Notes: generated by a model from the letters alone, not told the origin. A stretch of 64,000 nucleotides of DNA from Candidatus Enterousia sp. (GCA_045133095.1 JBGUTP010000004.1:67058-131057), one strand, 5' to 3'; shown: positions 9,092 to 18,702, counted from the first letter of the stretch. Made by a program: numbers and translations.

Positions 9092-9283
9092 TCGTCAAAG
9101 GGAACAAACCCAATGATCAGATGCGAAAGCACCTGTGGGGACCAGAGGTTCAGACTCCCTCCTACATTCTCTCTCCTCTGGACTCTGGACCCCAGAATTA
9201 AGTTTAGAGTGTCCAATTTCTTTTTCTCCTTTCCTTCCTTTCGGGACACTCGGAAATACCGCCGGAAACGGCGGTGTTTTTTT
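9092..9283 (+). ncRNA. Candidate small RNA with CU-rich (anti-Shine-Dalgarno) hairpin loops
   Basis: TTGACA...TATATT promoter at 9058; stems 9136-9148/9183-9194 and 9207-9214/9244-9251; terminator ACCGCCG-GAAA-CGGCGGT-T7. Confidence 0.6.
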
Positions 9284-9296
9284 ATCCGTAAATAAA

Positions 9297-11489
9297 CTAC
9301 ATGAAATTAATTGGATTTACGTCTATCTTGACGCGGATGTTCGCAGGCTGCTTTACGCGCGACAGCCATGCAGACACAATCGGCTGCAGGGACGCCGTGG
9401 GACCACCCGACACCAAAAAGCGCATACGGTACCAATTGCGTATCTGATAAACCTGGGCGGTGATTGGACCCATTATTTTCCCACCATTCAATATCGGCGC
9501 CGATGCGGCAAGGTCCGAACAATACCTGTGTAATACAGATTCCTTTTCGCCTTCGACAATAATCGCAATCAATTGACCATACGGGGGCATTTGCGCCAAA
9601 CGACGCCCCATCATGTCAGATGCCATAAAACTGTCGCGGTCACCGTTACATATGGCGGTTAATACAGGATGGTCTGGTTGATACGTTTGTAATAAAACAC
9701 GACCGGGGTGCGAACCACGCCCCGCACGACCTGCAACCTGAAACAACTGTTGAAAGGTGTGTTCGGCGGCACGAAAATCAGTGCCGAACAACCCCATATC
9801 GCTGTCAACAACCCCGACAAGGGTTAAATTAGGGAAATGATGACCCTTTGCCAAAATCTGGGTACCGATTATGACGTCTATTTCGCCCTGCTCCATCTTA
9901 TCAACAAGTCGTTCTAAGACCTGACGAGAAGTTATAATGTCACTTGATACCAAGGCGGTGCGTGCATTTGGAAAACGCGCCAAAACTTCTTGTTGAACTT
10001 TTTCAAGACCAATGCCACGCATTGATACCTGGGTGTTGCAATCCGGGCAATCGCGCATTAATGGCGCAGTGCGACCGCATATATGACACAATAACTTACC
10101 AAGCCGCTTGTGATACGTCATCCCGACACTGCAATCGGGGCACATCGCCGTCCATCCACATTTTTTGCATTGAATAATAGGCGCAAAACCACGGCGATTA
10201 ATAAACAGCATCACCTGACGACCCGCCGACAAAGTTTCCGTTATTGCTTGGCACATGGGGTCGGATAAAAAACCAGTCTGTTCCGCATCATCTGCCATAT
10301 AGGTGGTTGGTCTGTGTTCACGCAAATCAATTGTTGTAATTTCTGGCAACTGCGCACCACCAAAACGAGATGTCAGACGCAATTGACGATATTTGCCAAC
10401 ATTCACATTTTCCAGCGTTTCTGCCGCAGGGGTGGCAGATGCCAAAACAACGGGGAAACCAGCAATCTTGGCACGCAAAATCGCCATGTCGCGCGCATGG
10501 TAATTACCCATATCTTCTTGCTTGTACGAAGTATCGTGCTCTTCGTCTATGACAACCAAAGATAAATTCTGCCACGGTAAAAATAAGGCACTGCGCGTAC
10601 CGACCACCATTCGAATTTGCCCAGATAACACACCACGCCAAATTTCACGGCGACGTGCGGCGGTTAAATTACTGTGCCAGACCACAGGTGCGGCACCAAA
10701 ACGCGATGCAAAGCGATGCATAAACTGTGCCGTCAGTGCAATTTCTGGCATCATCAACAGAACAGAACCACCCCGACTGTATGCGTGCCACGCAGAATCA
10801 AAATAAACCTGGGTTTTACCACTGCCGGTGATGCCATCCAACAGATGCACCGAAAAACCACCTTGGTCTATTGCAGCACCGATTATATCTGCGGCGGATT
10901 GCTGCTGAGCATTCAAAACGATATCACTGGAATCCTGATAGTCACAGTTAAAACTGTCTGTGTCGCGTGGACGCGTTGCCGCCGGCACAAGAGTACCGTT
11001 CTTTATCATTGTACGAACAACAGCAGAACTGACGCGCGCAATGTTTTGAATGTCAGATAAAGTCATTGGGTCGTTATCATTTGATGCAAACGCATCCATA
11101 ACCGATTGACGATTAGGAGTCATGCGCGCAGTAGTCGAAAAATCAAAATTATATAACTGTTCCAATCTTGGTGGCGAAAAAGCGTCCGGAATATTTACAA
11201 TAAGACGTAAAACCATTCCCATTGGAATCAAGGTCCACTGGGACATTTTTTGTATCCACTGCATATCAGTTACCGCCAGGCGCGCAGGATATACAGACAA
11301 AACATCTTTTATCTTATTTTCAGGCAAACCACTGTCACCAATACCCCATACTATGCCAACGCATGGGCGGTTCATCACCGTAACAGATACGAACGACCCC
11401 AGGTCCGCCGGCGCCGACAGACGATAGTCATATCCAGAATTTGGAACATTAGATACTAAAACCTTTACAATGGTACCTGAATCAAACAT
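9297..11489 (-). CDS. priA: Primosomal protein N'
   Basis: GITGSGKT, DEEH, four CxxC pairs, GTQILAKGHHFP, QVAGRAGR. Confidence 0.97.
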   Translation of the reverse strand: MFDSGTIVKVLVSNVPNSGYDYRLSAPADLGSFVSVTVMNRPCVGIVWGIGDSGLPENKIKDVLSVYPARLAVTDMQWIQKMSQWTLIPMGMVLRLIVNIPDAFSPPRLEQLYNFDFSTTARMTPNRQSVMDAFASNDNDPMTLSDIQNIARVSSAVVRTMIKNGTLVPAATRPRDTDSFNCDYQDSSDIVLNAQQQSAADIIGAAIDQGGFSVHLLDGITGSGKTQVYFDSAWHAYSRGGSVLLMMPEIALTAQFMHRFASRFGAAPVVWHSNLTAARRREIWRGVLSGQIRMVVGTRSALFLPWQNLSLVVIDEEHDTSYKQEDMGNYHARDMAILRAKIAGFPVVLASATPAAETLENVNVGKYRQLRLTSRFGGAQLPEITTIDLREHRPTTYMADDAEQTGFLSDPMCQAITETLSAGRQVMLFINRRGFAPIIQCKKCGWTAMCPDCSVGMTYHKRLGKLLCHICGRTAPLMRDCPDCNTQVSMRGIGLEKVQQEVLARFPNARTALVSSDIITSRQVLERLVDKMEQGEIDVIIGTQILAKGHHFPNLTLVGVVDSDMGLFGTDFRAAEHTFQQLFQVAGRAGRGSHPGRVLLQTYQPDHPVLTAICNGDRDSFMASDMMGRRLAQMPPYGQLIAIIVEGEKESVLHRYCSDLAASAPILNGGKIMGPITAQVYQIRNWYRMRFLVSGGPTASLQPIVSAWLSRVKQPANIRVKIDVNPINFM

Positions 11490-11552
11490 GTTTATAAATT
11501 ACTTGTTTTTTTAGTTTTTTTCAATACCATTTATTGTATATCTTTTTGGGGG

Positions 11553-12293
11553 ATGTGTAATATGTGGCGTTTATTTTTTGAAGTTTGTGATTTCTTGGCT
11601 GGATTTATCCCGAATAAAAATCTGCGCGAAAAAGTTCGCCGTGAAAAATTGTATGATTATCGCAAAAAATTTAATGCGTTGCGACATGCCCTGCCGCATA
11701 CAGAATTTAAGCACGTTAAGGTAATCAAAGGCGGGTGGAATATCGGATTTATCATAGATAACAAGTATGTATGTAAAATCAGAAAATACTTTGATAAGTC
11801 GGTGCCTGTGGAAAAAATTATTCGTGAAAAAAGAATTACAGACGCGTTTAAGGATGTTGTGCCACTGAAAATTCCAAAGATAGAAATCTTAAACGCAGAC
11901 GGGTTCACGTTTTATAAATACAACTTTATCCCAGGTGTAAATATGAACCGGTTCTCGCAAAAAACCATCGAGGCAAACGCATGGGAATGGGGAATACAAT
12001 TGGCGGAATTTATATCCGCAATGCACAACACACAACCCAAGGAAATAGAAGACCTTAAGACTGACAAGGGTGATGGGTGGAACCATAACGATATCTGTAA
12101 CAATGTAATCATAGATAAAAAGTCTATGCGGGTTGTGGGATTGATTGACTGGGAATATTCCGGATGGGGAACGTTAGAGACAGAATTCGAAAACTGTGTC
12201 CATTTTTCAAAGAAAATCAGGGCGTCAGGCATCGGGGTTGCAATACAAATTGCATACCACACCATGCAAAAGAAAGCAAAAGTAAAGAAATAA
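11553..12293 (+). CDS. Aminoglycoside phosphotransferase/choline kinase-like protein
   Basis: HNDICNN and GLIDWE kinase motifs. Confidence 0.8.
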   Translation: MCNMWRLFFEVCDFLAGFIPNKNLREKVRREKLYDYRKKFNALRHALPHTEFKHVKVIKGGWNIGFIIDNKYVCKIRKYFDKSVPVEKIIREKRITDAFKDVVPLKIPKIEILNADGFTFYKYNFIPGVNMNRFSQKTIEANAWEWGIQLAEFISAMHNTQPKEIEDLKTDKGDGWNHNDICNNVIIDKKSMRVVGLIDWEYSGWGTLETEFENCVHFSKKIRASGIGVAIQIAYHTMQKKAKVKK

Positions 12294-12376
12294 TTACAAC
12301 AAAATCGCTTTTAGGCTTGACAAAATGCTTTTTTAGACTATCTTTTGTTTGACAATACGTAAACAAGGGGTCAAAT

Positions 12377-12916
12377 ATGCCACCAAAGCACAAGCGCACA
12401 AGCGCAGTTCAAAAACTGTTCAGCCAATACATCACCTATATTGCGCAACAGATTATTATCAGCGAACACGCTAAATCCTATATGACACCCACAGAATCAC
12501 GAAATAAATGGCGTGTTATGATTGACTATAAACCAGAAGTCGAAGAATTTTTAATTCAAAAGACAAAAGTGTTTATTCGACTGCTGGATTTGCGCGATTC
12601 TAATTCCACAAACCCAGTGTTTTTAAAAAGTTTTGTAAACTTGGTGGCGGACTATTTGTCCGGATACACCGCGCACAACAAAAACGCCACCAGACGCAGT
12701 GAAATTAAAAGACTGACCAAGGTATTATGGGATGAAAACTCTTATATTCAGGGGCTTTTGGCGGCGCAAAGACAAAAGCGTATTGAGCCAAAAACTAAAC
12801 ACCATATAAATCAAAAACGCAAACAAAAGCGCGCCATCCAGGCAAAACACGATTTCGATGTGGCACGCGAAGTCAGCATGATTTTTATTGAAGTCAGTCA
12901 CTATAAAAAGAAATAA
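12377..12916 (+). CDS. Basic hypothetical protein
   Basis: 179-aa ORF with own promoter, AAGGGG RBS and downstream terminator. Confidence 0.7.
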   Translation: MPPKHKRTSAVQKLFSQYITYIAQQIIISEHAKSYMTPTESRNKWRVMIDYKPEVEEFLIQKTKVFIRLLDLRDSNSTNPVFLKSFVNLVADYLSGYTAHNKNATRRSEIKRLTKVLWDENSYIQGLLAAQRQKRIEPKTKHHINQKRKQKRAIQAKHDFDVAREVSMIFIEVSHYKKK

Positions 12917-12944
12917 AAACAACCGCCAAAAAGGCGGTTGTTTT

Positions 12945-13829
12945 TTACAGCAAAGATTCAATATCAGACTGATTCAAAGGACCACAAAAAACCACGTCCG
13001 GGGCATATTGAGTACGAAACCAGGTCCGCTGACGCTTGGCATACTGATTGGTTTTTGTTATCCAATTAGCAACACATTCTTCCATATCAATATCACCACG
13101 AATATACCGGCATAACTGGGACGCGCCAATCGCACGATTTTCATCCCACCCAGATTCAAGGACAAGGCGCGCTTCGTCCAATGCGCCACCAGACAACATC
13201 AATGGAATACGCGCCGCAATGCGCGAACGCAAAACATCCGAATCTGGATTAATCAGAACACGCACCGCATCAGGCGCAACCGCCCCGGTACGTGGCAGAC
13301 TTTGAAATTCAGATAGGTGACGTCCTGTTTGTAAAAATACTTCGACAGCACGGGCAATACGCTGGGGGTCTGTGTGCGGGAATTCAGGTGGCAGCAATGA
13401 ACGCGCCGCGACAATATCAGTCGCAACCATCTGACGGGCGCGACAACGTACAGACTCTTCAATTTCGGGCATAGGCGATATGCCGTTTATCAGTGCATTT
13501 ATATAATAACCAGTGCCGCCCACAAAAATCGGTGTGCGCCCCGCCGACTTCGCGCAATCATATTCACGACGCGCCAACGCCAGGTAGTCTGAAACAGATA
13601 TCTGGTCCGTTAATGGCAAAACGGAAAACAGTTTATATGGAATGCCGTCAATCGTTTCTGAAAGTGGGCGGGTGGCAAAAGGACTGGCGGAAATGTTCTC
13701 GATACCACGATAGATTTGAACGCTGTCGCAATTGATAATGGTGCCGTTTACGCGACGCGCAAGCTCATGGGCAAAATCGGATTTGCCAGATGCCGTCGGC
13801 CCCGCAATAATGTAAGACTTGGTTTTCAT
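12945..13829 (-). CDS. miaA: tRNA dimethylallyltransferase
   Basis: GPTASGKS, DSVQIY, VGGTGYY, TNQYAKRQRTWFR. Confidence 0.95.
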   Translation of the reverse strand: MKTKSYIIAGPTASGKSDFAHELARRVNGTIINCDSVQIYRGIENISASPFATRPLSETIDGIPYKLFSVLPLTDQISVSDYLALARREYDCAKSAGRTPIFVGGTGYYINALINGISPMPEIEESVRCRARQMVATDIVAARSLLPPEFPHTDPQRIARAVEVFLQTGRHLSEFQSLPRTGAVAPDAVRVLINPDSDVLRSRIAARIPLMLSGGALDEARLVLESGWDENRAIGASQLCRYIRGDIDMEECVANWITKTNQYAKRQRTWFRTQYAPDVVFCGPLNQSDIESLL

Positions 13830-13939
13830 ATCAAATTGATTATAGCCGCAAAGTAAAAAATGTAAATAAAATATTGTATTTTTAAAAATTCGGGTGCTAT
13901 GATGAGAAATGTCCAATTAATAAACGAAAGGAAAATAAT

Positions 13940-14941
13940 ATGTCTAAAGTAAGAGTAGCAATTAATGGTTTCGGCCGTATCGGACGCTTGGTTTTGCGTG
14001 CGGCATTGGAATCTAAACGTGACGACATCGAATTTGTTGCAGTTAATGATTTGGCACCAGCAGAACAAAATGCATATTTGTTAAAATACGATTCTGTACA
14101 CGGTAATTTACCAATGGATGTAAAACTGGATGGGGAATACATTATTGTGGGCGACCAAAAAATTAAGTGCATCGCAGAACGCGACCCGGCAAAATTGCCT
14201 TGGGGGGAATTGAATATTGATATCGTTATGGAATGTACCGGTATCTTTACCGCCGCAGATAAGGCGCGTCTTCACCTGGATGCGGGCGCAAAGCGCGTTC
14301 TGGTTTCGGCACCATCGGCGGGCGCAGATAAAACAATCGTATTTGGCGTAAACCAGGATACATTGACATCTGAAGATTTGATTGTTTCAAACGCATCTTG
14401 CACAACTAATTGCCTGGCACCGGTGGTAAAGGTCCTGAATGATAAATTTGGGGTCGTTTCTGGGTGGATGACAACCGTACACGCATACACCGGCGACCAA
14501 CAACTGCTGGACAAAAATCACAAGGATTTCCGTCGCGCACGCGCGGCTAACCTGTCTATGATTCCAACAAGCACAGGCGCAGCAAAGGCGATTGGGTTGG
14601 TGCTGCCGGAACTGGCGGGAAAGTTAGATGGCATGGCAATTCGCGTTCCAACACCTGATGTGTCCGTGGTGGAATTGGTTGCTAATTTGGAAAAGAACGC
14701 AACAGTCGAAGAAGTTAACGCCGCAATGCGCGCCGCAGAATCTAAGACTTTTGGATACAATGATTTACCATTGGTTTCAATTGACTTTACACACGATGCG
14801 CACAGTTCTGTGTTTGACGCAGGACAAACCAAGGTGTTGGGTGACAAACTGGTTCATGTGACGGCATGGTATGATAACGAATGGGGTTTCTCGAACCGCA
14901 TGGGGGATACAGCCGTTGCAATGGGAAAACTGATAAAATAA
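13940..14941 (+). CDS. gap: Type I glyceraldehyde-3-phosphate dehydrogenase
   Basis: [26 protein letters not shown]. Confidence 0.98.
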   Translation: MSKVRVAINGFGRIGRLVLRAALESKRDDIEFVAVNDLAPAEQNAYLLKYDSVHGNLPMDVKLDGEYIIVGDQKIKCIAERDPAKLPWGELNIDIVMECTGIFTAADKARLHLDAGAKRVLVSAPSAGADKTIVFGVNQDTLTSEDLIVSNASCTTNCLAPVVKVLNDKFGVVSGWMTTVHAYTGDQQLLDKNHKDFRRARAANLSMIPTSTGAAKAIGLVLPELAGKLDGMAIRVPTPDVSVVELVANLEKNATVEEVNAAMRAAESKTFGYNDLPLVSIDFTHDAHSSVFDAGQTKVLGDKLVHVTAWYDNEWGFSNRMGDTAVAMGKLIK

Positions 14942-15043
14942 AAAAACAAGCCCGCCAATCGGCGGGTTTTATAATATTTTTACTTTTAATAAAAAAAGTT
15001 CTTGCATTTATTCCAAGTACAGTATATTATGTACAACGCTTTA

Positions 15044-15120
15044 GGGGTTGTAGCTCAGCTGGTTAGAGCGTCTGCCTGTCACGCAGAAGGTCGCGGGTTC
15101 GAGCCCCGTCAATCCCGCCA
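15044..15120 (+). tRNA. tRNA-Asp(GTC)
   Basis: Cloverleaf GGGGTTGTAGCTCAG...CTGTCAC...GGTTCGAG...CCA. Confidence 0.97.
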
Positions 15121-15217
15121 GTATTTACACCGTCATCATGACGGTGTTTTTTCTTGTTTACTGTTAAAAATAATACTTTATAATTACCATTATAGACTAA
15201 TCAAAAAGGAGAAACAC

Positions 15218-15655
15218 ATGAAATTCAAACTGTTAGCAATTGGTGCATGCACATTGGCATTGGCGGCGTGTGGCGACAATGGTCAAAACCCAAACGCACT
15301 TAAGGGAATAAGTTTTGTATCTGCCCAGCCAGGCGTTGATATCACACTGACATTCGACCCACAGGACATGCGTGTATATGGAAAAGTGGTCAATCAATAC
15401 AATGGTGGATATACCGCAGATGGCGACAATATTAAATTTGAAGGTTTTGCATCGACTATGATGATGGGCGCACCAGAAGCCATGGAAACCGAAGCAGAAT
15501 ATTTCCAGTTTATGCCAACCGTCGAAACATACGAACTTAGTGACGGGAAATTAACCCTGGTGGGCGAAAACGGCAAAGAAATTATCTTTACCCAGGTGGA
15601 AGTTACCCCGACAGAAACAGTGACTGCAGAAGAAGCGGAAGTTGTTACGGAATAA
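15218..15655 (+). CDS. META-domain (HslJ-like) lipoprotein
   Basis: Lipobox LAAC, GFASTMMM motif, AAGGAG RBS. Confidence 0.85.
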   Translation: MKFKLLAIGACTLALAACGDNGQNPNALKGISFVSAQPGVDITLTFDPQDMRVYGKVVNQYNGGYTADGDNIKFEGFASTMMMGAPEAMETEAEYFQFMPTVETYELSDGKLTLVGENGKEIIFTQVEVTPTETVTAEEAEVVTE

Positions 15656-15732
15656 ATTCGTTGTTATTTACTTGACAACTAATGTTAATCCAGTTATAAT
15701 TTGCCGGCGTTCACATTGAACACGGCAGTTTT

Positions 15733-15808
15733 GGCCCCATCGTCTAGAGGCCTAGGACACCGCCCTTTCAAGGCGAGAACACCGGTTCGAATCCGGTTGG
15801 GGCTGCCA
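15733..15808 (+). tRNA. tRNA-Glu(TTC)
   Basis: GGCCCCATCGTCTAGAGG...CTTTCAA...GGTTCGAATCC...CCA. Confidence 0.97.
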
Positions 15809-15958
15809 AAATAAACAAATCGGGTTTTATACCCGATTTTTCTTTGTTTTCCAATACTTTCAGCAGTTCGAAGGTTAGGTGTTGAAAATAGAGACCGTTT
15901 CACACATTTACGAACTTTTACAAAGAAAAAGGTTAGAAATCTAACCTTTTTCTTTGTT
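15803..15958 (+). repeat. Right arm, copy 1 (about 155 bp; homologous to 16733-16886)
   Basis: Shared AATACTTTCA, AGTTCG, CACATTTACGAACTTTTA and the AAGAAAAAGGTTAGA-NN-TCTAACCTTTTTCTT hairpin. Confidence 0.85.
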
Positions 15959-15971
15959 TTATCGTGTAATA

Positions 15972-16577
15972 TTAAAATCTGTACCCTGCGCCGATAATCA
16001 AATCAAAGCCAGACATACGCTCGCTTACATTATCAACACTAAGGCCGTTTATTTCTTTTATGTCCAGTTCAGTTGTTATTTTATAACTTAAATTCGCATT
16101 TAAATAGAAATTGTTAGTCATATATTGTCTGCAACCTAATCCAAAACTAAATACCGCACCAGATGTTTTAACTTCTCCATCCATACTTGCATATCCAGCA
16201 GCAAGAGAAACATAAGGTTTAAAATTAGAATTACGCATTAAATAAATATCAAATTCTGCATCAATTTCATTCAGTTTTGATGTAGTTGTGTCAGTACCAG
16301 AAACTTTTGTTTTTGTTTGGCTTAAAGATGGGTTAATAGAGATTGCAACAACATCATCAATTTCTATACCCAATACAAAATCGCCGACATTGTTATCATT
16401 AAAATCAAAACTATCTGACTTAACCACTGTTCCTGTATCATCTTTTAACTTTACATTGTATGAACTGGCTAAACTCAAATTATAACCAACAAATGGTTTA
16501 ATATGATAAGAATCAGATTCAGCAAAAGCACTTACTGGTAAAGCAATCAAAACAGGTAAAGCATATAATAATTTCAT
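15972..16577 (-). CDS. Outer membrane beta-barrel protein (OmpA-like TM/porin family); cassette 1
   Basis: Signal peptide, KPYVSLAAGY, C-terminal IGAGYRF; AT-rich. Confidence 0.85.
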   Translation of the reverse strand: MKLLYALPVLIALPVSAFAESDSYHIKPFVGYNLSLASSYNVKLKDDTGTVVKSDSFDFNDNNVGDFVLGIEIDDVVAISINPSLSQTKTKVSGTDTTTSKLNEIDAEFDIYLMRNSNFKPYVSLAAGYASMDGEVKTSGAVFSFGLGCRQYMTNNFYLNANLSYKITTELDIKEINGLSVDNVSERMSGFDLIIGAGYRF

Positions 16578-16636
16578 TGCATCTCCTTTTTTACACATTA
16601 TGACTATATTCCAATCTATTATTTTTTTCAATGATA

Positions 16637-16886
16637 TTATAAGGTTAAAAACATATTCAGAAACAATTTTATTTCTTTCCCAAACAACAACAAATCACGC
16701 ATATCATTAGCTCGTGAATTGCACAGATGGCCCTGCCAAAATAAATAAAACCGCATTTTTGCGGTTTTTTGATTGGATTTCTAATACTTTCACAAGTTCG
16801 TAAGTTAGATGTCAAAAACAACTACCATTTCCCACATTTACGAACTTTTAAAAAGAAAAAGGTTAGATTTCTAACCTTTTTCTTGA
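16637..16886 (+). repeat. Composite junction: left arm, core, right arm copy 2
   Basis: 16666-16741 aligns without gaps to 18412-18487 (about 62/76 identical by hand count); 16733-16886 aligns to 15803-15958. Confidence 0.85.
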
Positions 16887-16911
16887 TTCGAATTTATTGT
16901 GGGAGCTTGAA

Positions 16912-17457
16912 TTATTTTTCTAATATTTTTTCCAATATATATTCGTGATGCCATTCGCCGTCAATAAATGCAGTGTCATGCAAAATACCGACAATTTCAT
17001 AACCTTGCTTTAACAGATTGCCAAGCGAACGCGTATTTTTATGTCGGATACTAGATTCCAGTTTGTGTACATTATTTTCAATCGCCCACTTTTCTATTAT
17101 TTGCTTGAACTTAGTCCCCAAACCATTCGAAGTGTATTTTTCTAATATGGTTGTTCCTGTGGTGGCCACGCGTCCCGAATATGGATGCCCAACTTGCTTT
17201 TTATTTATGCTGGCGGTGCCAATCAAAGTGTTGCCATCCCATGCACCCAAGAACAAATTGTTTGGATTTTCATAAATCTGGATAGATTTTTCGCGGTCTT
17301 TTTTCGGTTGACCAGCATACTGACATGTCCATTTTGCCCCAGGACCACGAGTGAATTTTTCAAGGTACTTCATCATATCTTCATAATCCTTACCACGAAT
17401 ACGGCGAATAGTAACAACTTTACCGTTTTTTAATTTGAATTTGATGGCACGATTCAT
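16912..17457 (-). CDS. GNAT family N-acetyltransferase; cassette 2
   Basis: ILEKYTSNGLGT acetyl-CoA motif, NTRSLGNLLKQGY, RimJ/L-like C-terminus. Confidence 0.85.
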   Translation of the reverse strand: MNRAIKFKLKNGKVVTIRRIRGKDYEDMMKYLEKFTRGPGAKWTCQYAGQPKKDREKSIQIYENPNNLFLGAWDGNTLIGTASINKKQVGHPYSGRVATTGTTILEKYTSNGLGTKFKQIIEKWAIENNVHKLESSIRHKNTRSLGNLLKQGYEIVGILHDTAFIDGEWHHEYILEKILEK

Positions 17458-17491
17458 GATATTTCCTTTTTATTGGTCAAGAATAATTGTA

Positions 17492-17572
17492 TCATAGTTT
17501 ATTCAAAAACACCTTAACATTTTTCCCAAACTGCAGTAAATCGTACAGGCCATTAGTTCACCCCTGTAAATA
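17492..17572 (+). repeat. Degenerate left arm with internal deletion and worn core
   Basis: TTTTCCCAAACTGCAGTAAATC...CATTAGTTCA-CCCCTGTAAA matches the other left arms minus about 15 nt. Confidence 0.65.
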
Positions 17573-17626
17573 AAAACAGAAAAAGTATTGACAAATATAC
17601 ATATTTGTCTTATTTTTTGTAAAAAA

Positions 17627-18412
17627 ATGAAACTTGCAGAACCTAAAATTTTATATAAAGATATTGTCATCAATAACAACAATATTGATGACTTTTTGAA
17701 TACCCCACATGGCGGTGCATATCATTATGACACAAACACTATAATATTGTATAACTATATTATATCCCAAGATATATTAGATGCCAAAAAAGCCGCAGAG
17801 GCGAAATCTATCACACATACTGCGATTGAACATCGCCCCAGCACAATCGTGCATGAAAAGCGACACTGGCACAACAGAACAATCGTACCACGATTCCAGG
17901 ACTTTTGTTTGATGAATTATTATCAGGAAGTTTCGTTGCAGTGTCTTGACGAAATTTCTGCAATAACCGCCGATATTTTGTACACAACACCAAAGTATAA
18001 AAAACTTGGCATATGCCAGGCAACTGTACTTTGTTCGATGTTAGAAGCAACAGAAAGATTCAAGAATAGTTGTTTGGATGAATATCTAAATCGTTTTATC
18101 GACTGGATATCGGAAAGTTATCATTTGGATGTGGAATTATTAACTGTTGAAAAAGCCTACGTATTTTTGCAACAGCTGCAGGCTACATATAAAGATGCCC
18201 CACAAAAGCTGTTCGACAAACGTTTTCATGATGCTGTCAAAGGCTATTTCACATTTGACGACTATTGTATTTTGAACGATAAGATATCAGATGCTTCAAT
18301 GGATGCATGGGGCCTTATGTTACAAAATTTCGCACAAATAAGGCAAAAAGCCAACGCCAAGACACACAAAATGATAAACACAATAATAAAATCAAAAACC
18401 TTCCAAAAATGA
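17627..18412 (+). CDS. Hypothetical protein with HExxH motif (possible zinc metallopeptidase); cassette 3
   Basis: STIVHEKRH and a downstream Glu (LDEISA). Confidence 0.6.
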   Translation: MKLAEPKILYKDIVINNNNIDDFLNTPHGGAYHYDTNTIILYNYIISQDILDAKKAAEAKSITHTAIEHRPSTIVHEKRHWHNRTIVPRFQDFCLMNYYQEVSLQCLDEISAITADILYTTPKYKKLGICQATVLCSMLEATERFKNSCLDEYLNRFIDWISESYHLDVELLTVEKAYVFLQQLQATYKDAPQKLFDKRFHDAVKGYFTFDDYCILNDKISDASMDAWGLMLQNFAQIRQKANAKTHKMINTIIKSKTFQK

Positions 18413-18487
18413 TTTTATTTCTTTTCCAAACTGCAACAAATCATGAATAAACTCAGTTCGTGAATTGCACAGTATGTCCTGCCAAAA
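18392..18487 (+). repeat. Left arm and core at the distal end of the array
   Basis: TCGTGAATTGCACAG...CCTGCCAAAA followed by the hairpin AAAACACCC-GTTT-GGGTGTTTT. Confidence 0.85.
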
Positions 18488-18702
18488 ATCCAAAACACCC
18501 GTTTGGGTGTTTTTTTATTTTTGTTAAAGCAGACCCAACCGGATGCGCCATAGTGCCGACATTGGTGCGTATGCGCCATACAAGGAGTAAAAATAAAAAA
18601 AATTACAGTATTATCTTGTTTAATAGCACTTAGTGCGTGCGACAGAATAAACTTTTCCAAAAAAAACACCCGGCGCATGCCGGGGAGGGATTTAACGTAA
18701 GA

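Larger units (their letters stand above)
15803..18487. mobile_element. Integrase-less tandem cassette array anchored at the tRNA-Glu 3' end
   Basis: Core CTGCCAAAA at 15803, 16733 and 18479 (degenerate at 17564); repeated flanking arms; one gene per unit. Confidence 0.65.

Noticed and set aside
8950-9295. Several overlapping short ORFs
   Set aside because: No RBS or protein-like features; promoter, hairpins and terminator are better explained by an RNA.
15002-15217. N-terminal extension of the META lipoprotein ORF
   Set aside because: Runs through tRNA-Asp; the real start with RBS and signal peptide is 15218.
15694-15903. 69-aa minus-strand ORF
   Set aside because: Antisense to tRNA-Glu, no RBS; typical tRNA shadow.
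15803-18487. Classical integron attC sites or Xer pdif modules
   Set aside because: I could not find RYYYAAC/GTTRRRY-bounded attC palindromes, an intI gene or 28-bp dif-like sites; the repeats are tied to the tRNA 3' core instead.
18415-18678. 87-aa minus-strand ORF over the left arm
   Set aside because: This frame changes non-conservatively between arm copies; the conserved frame is a different one.
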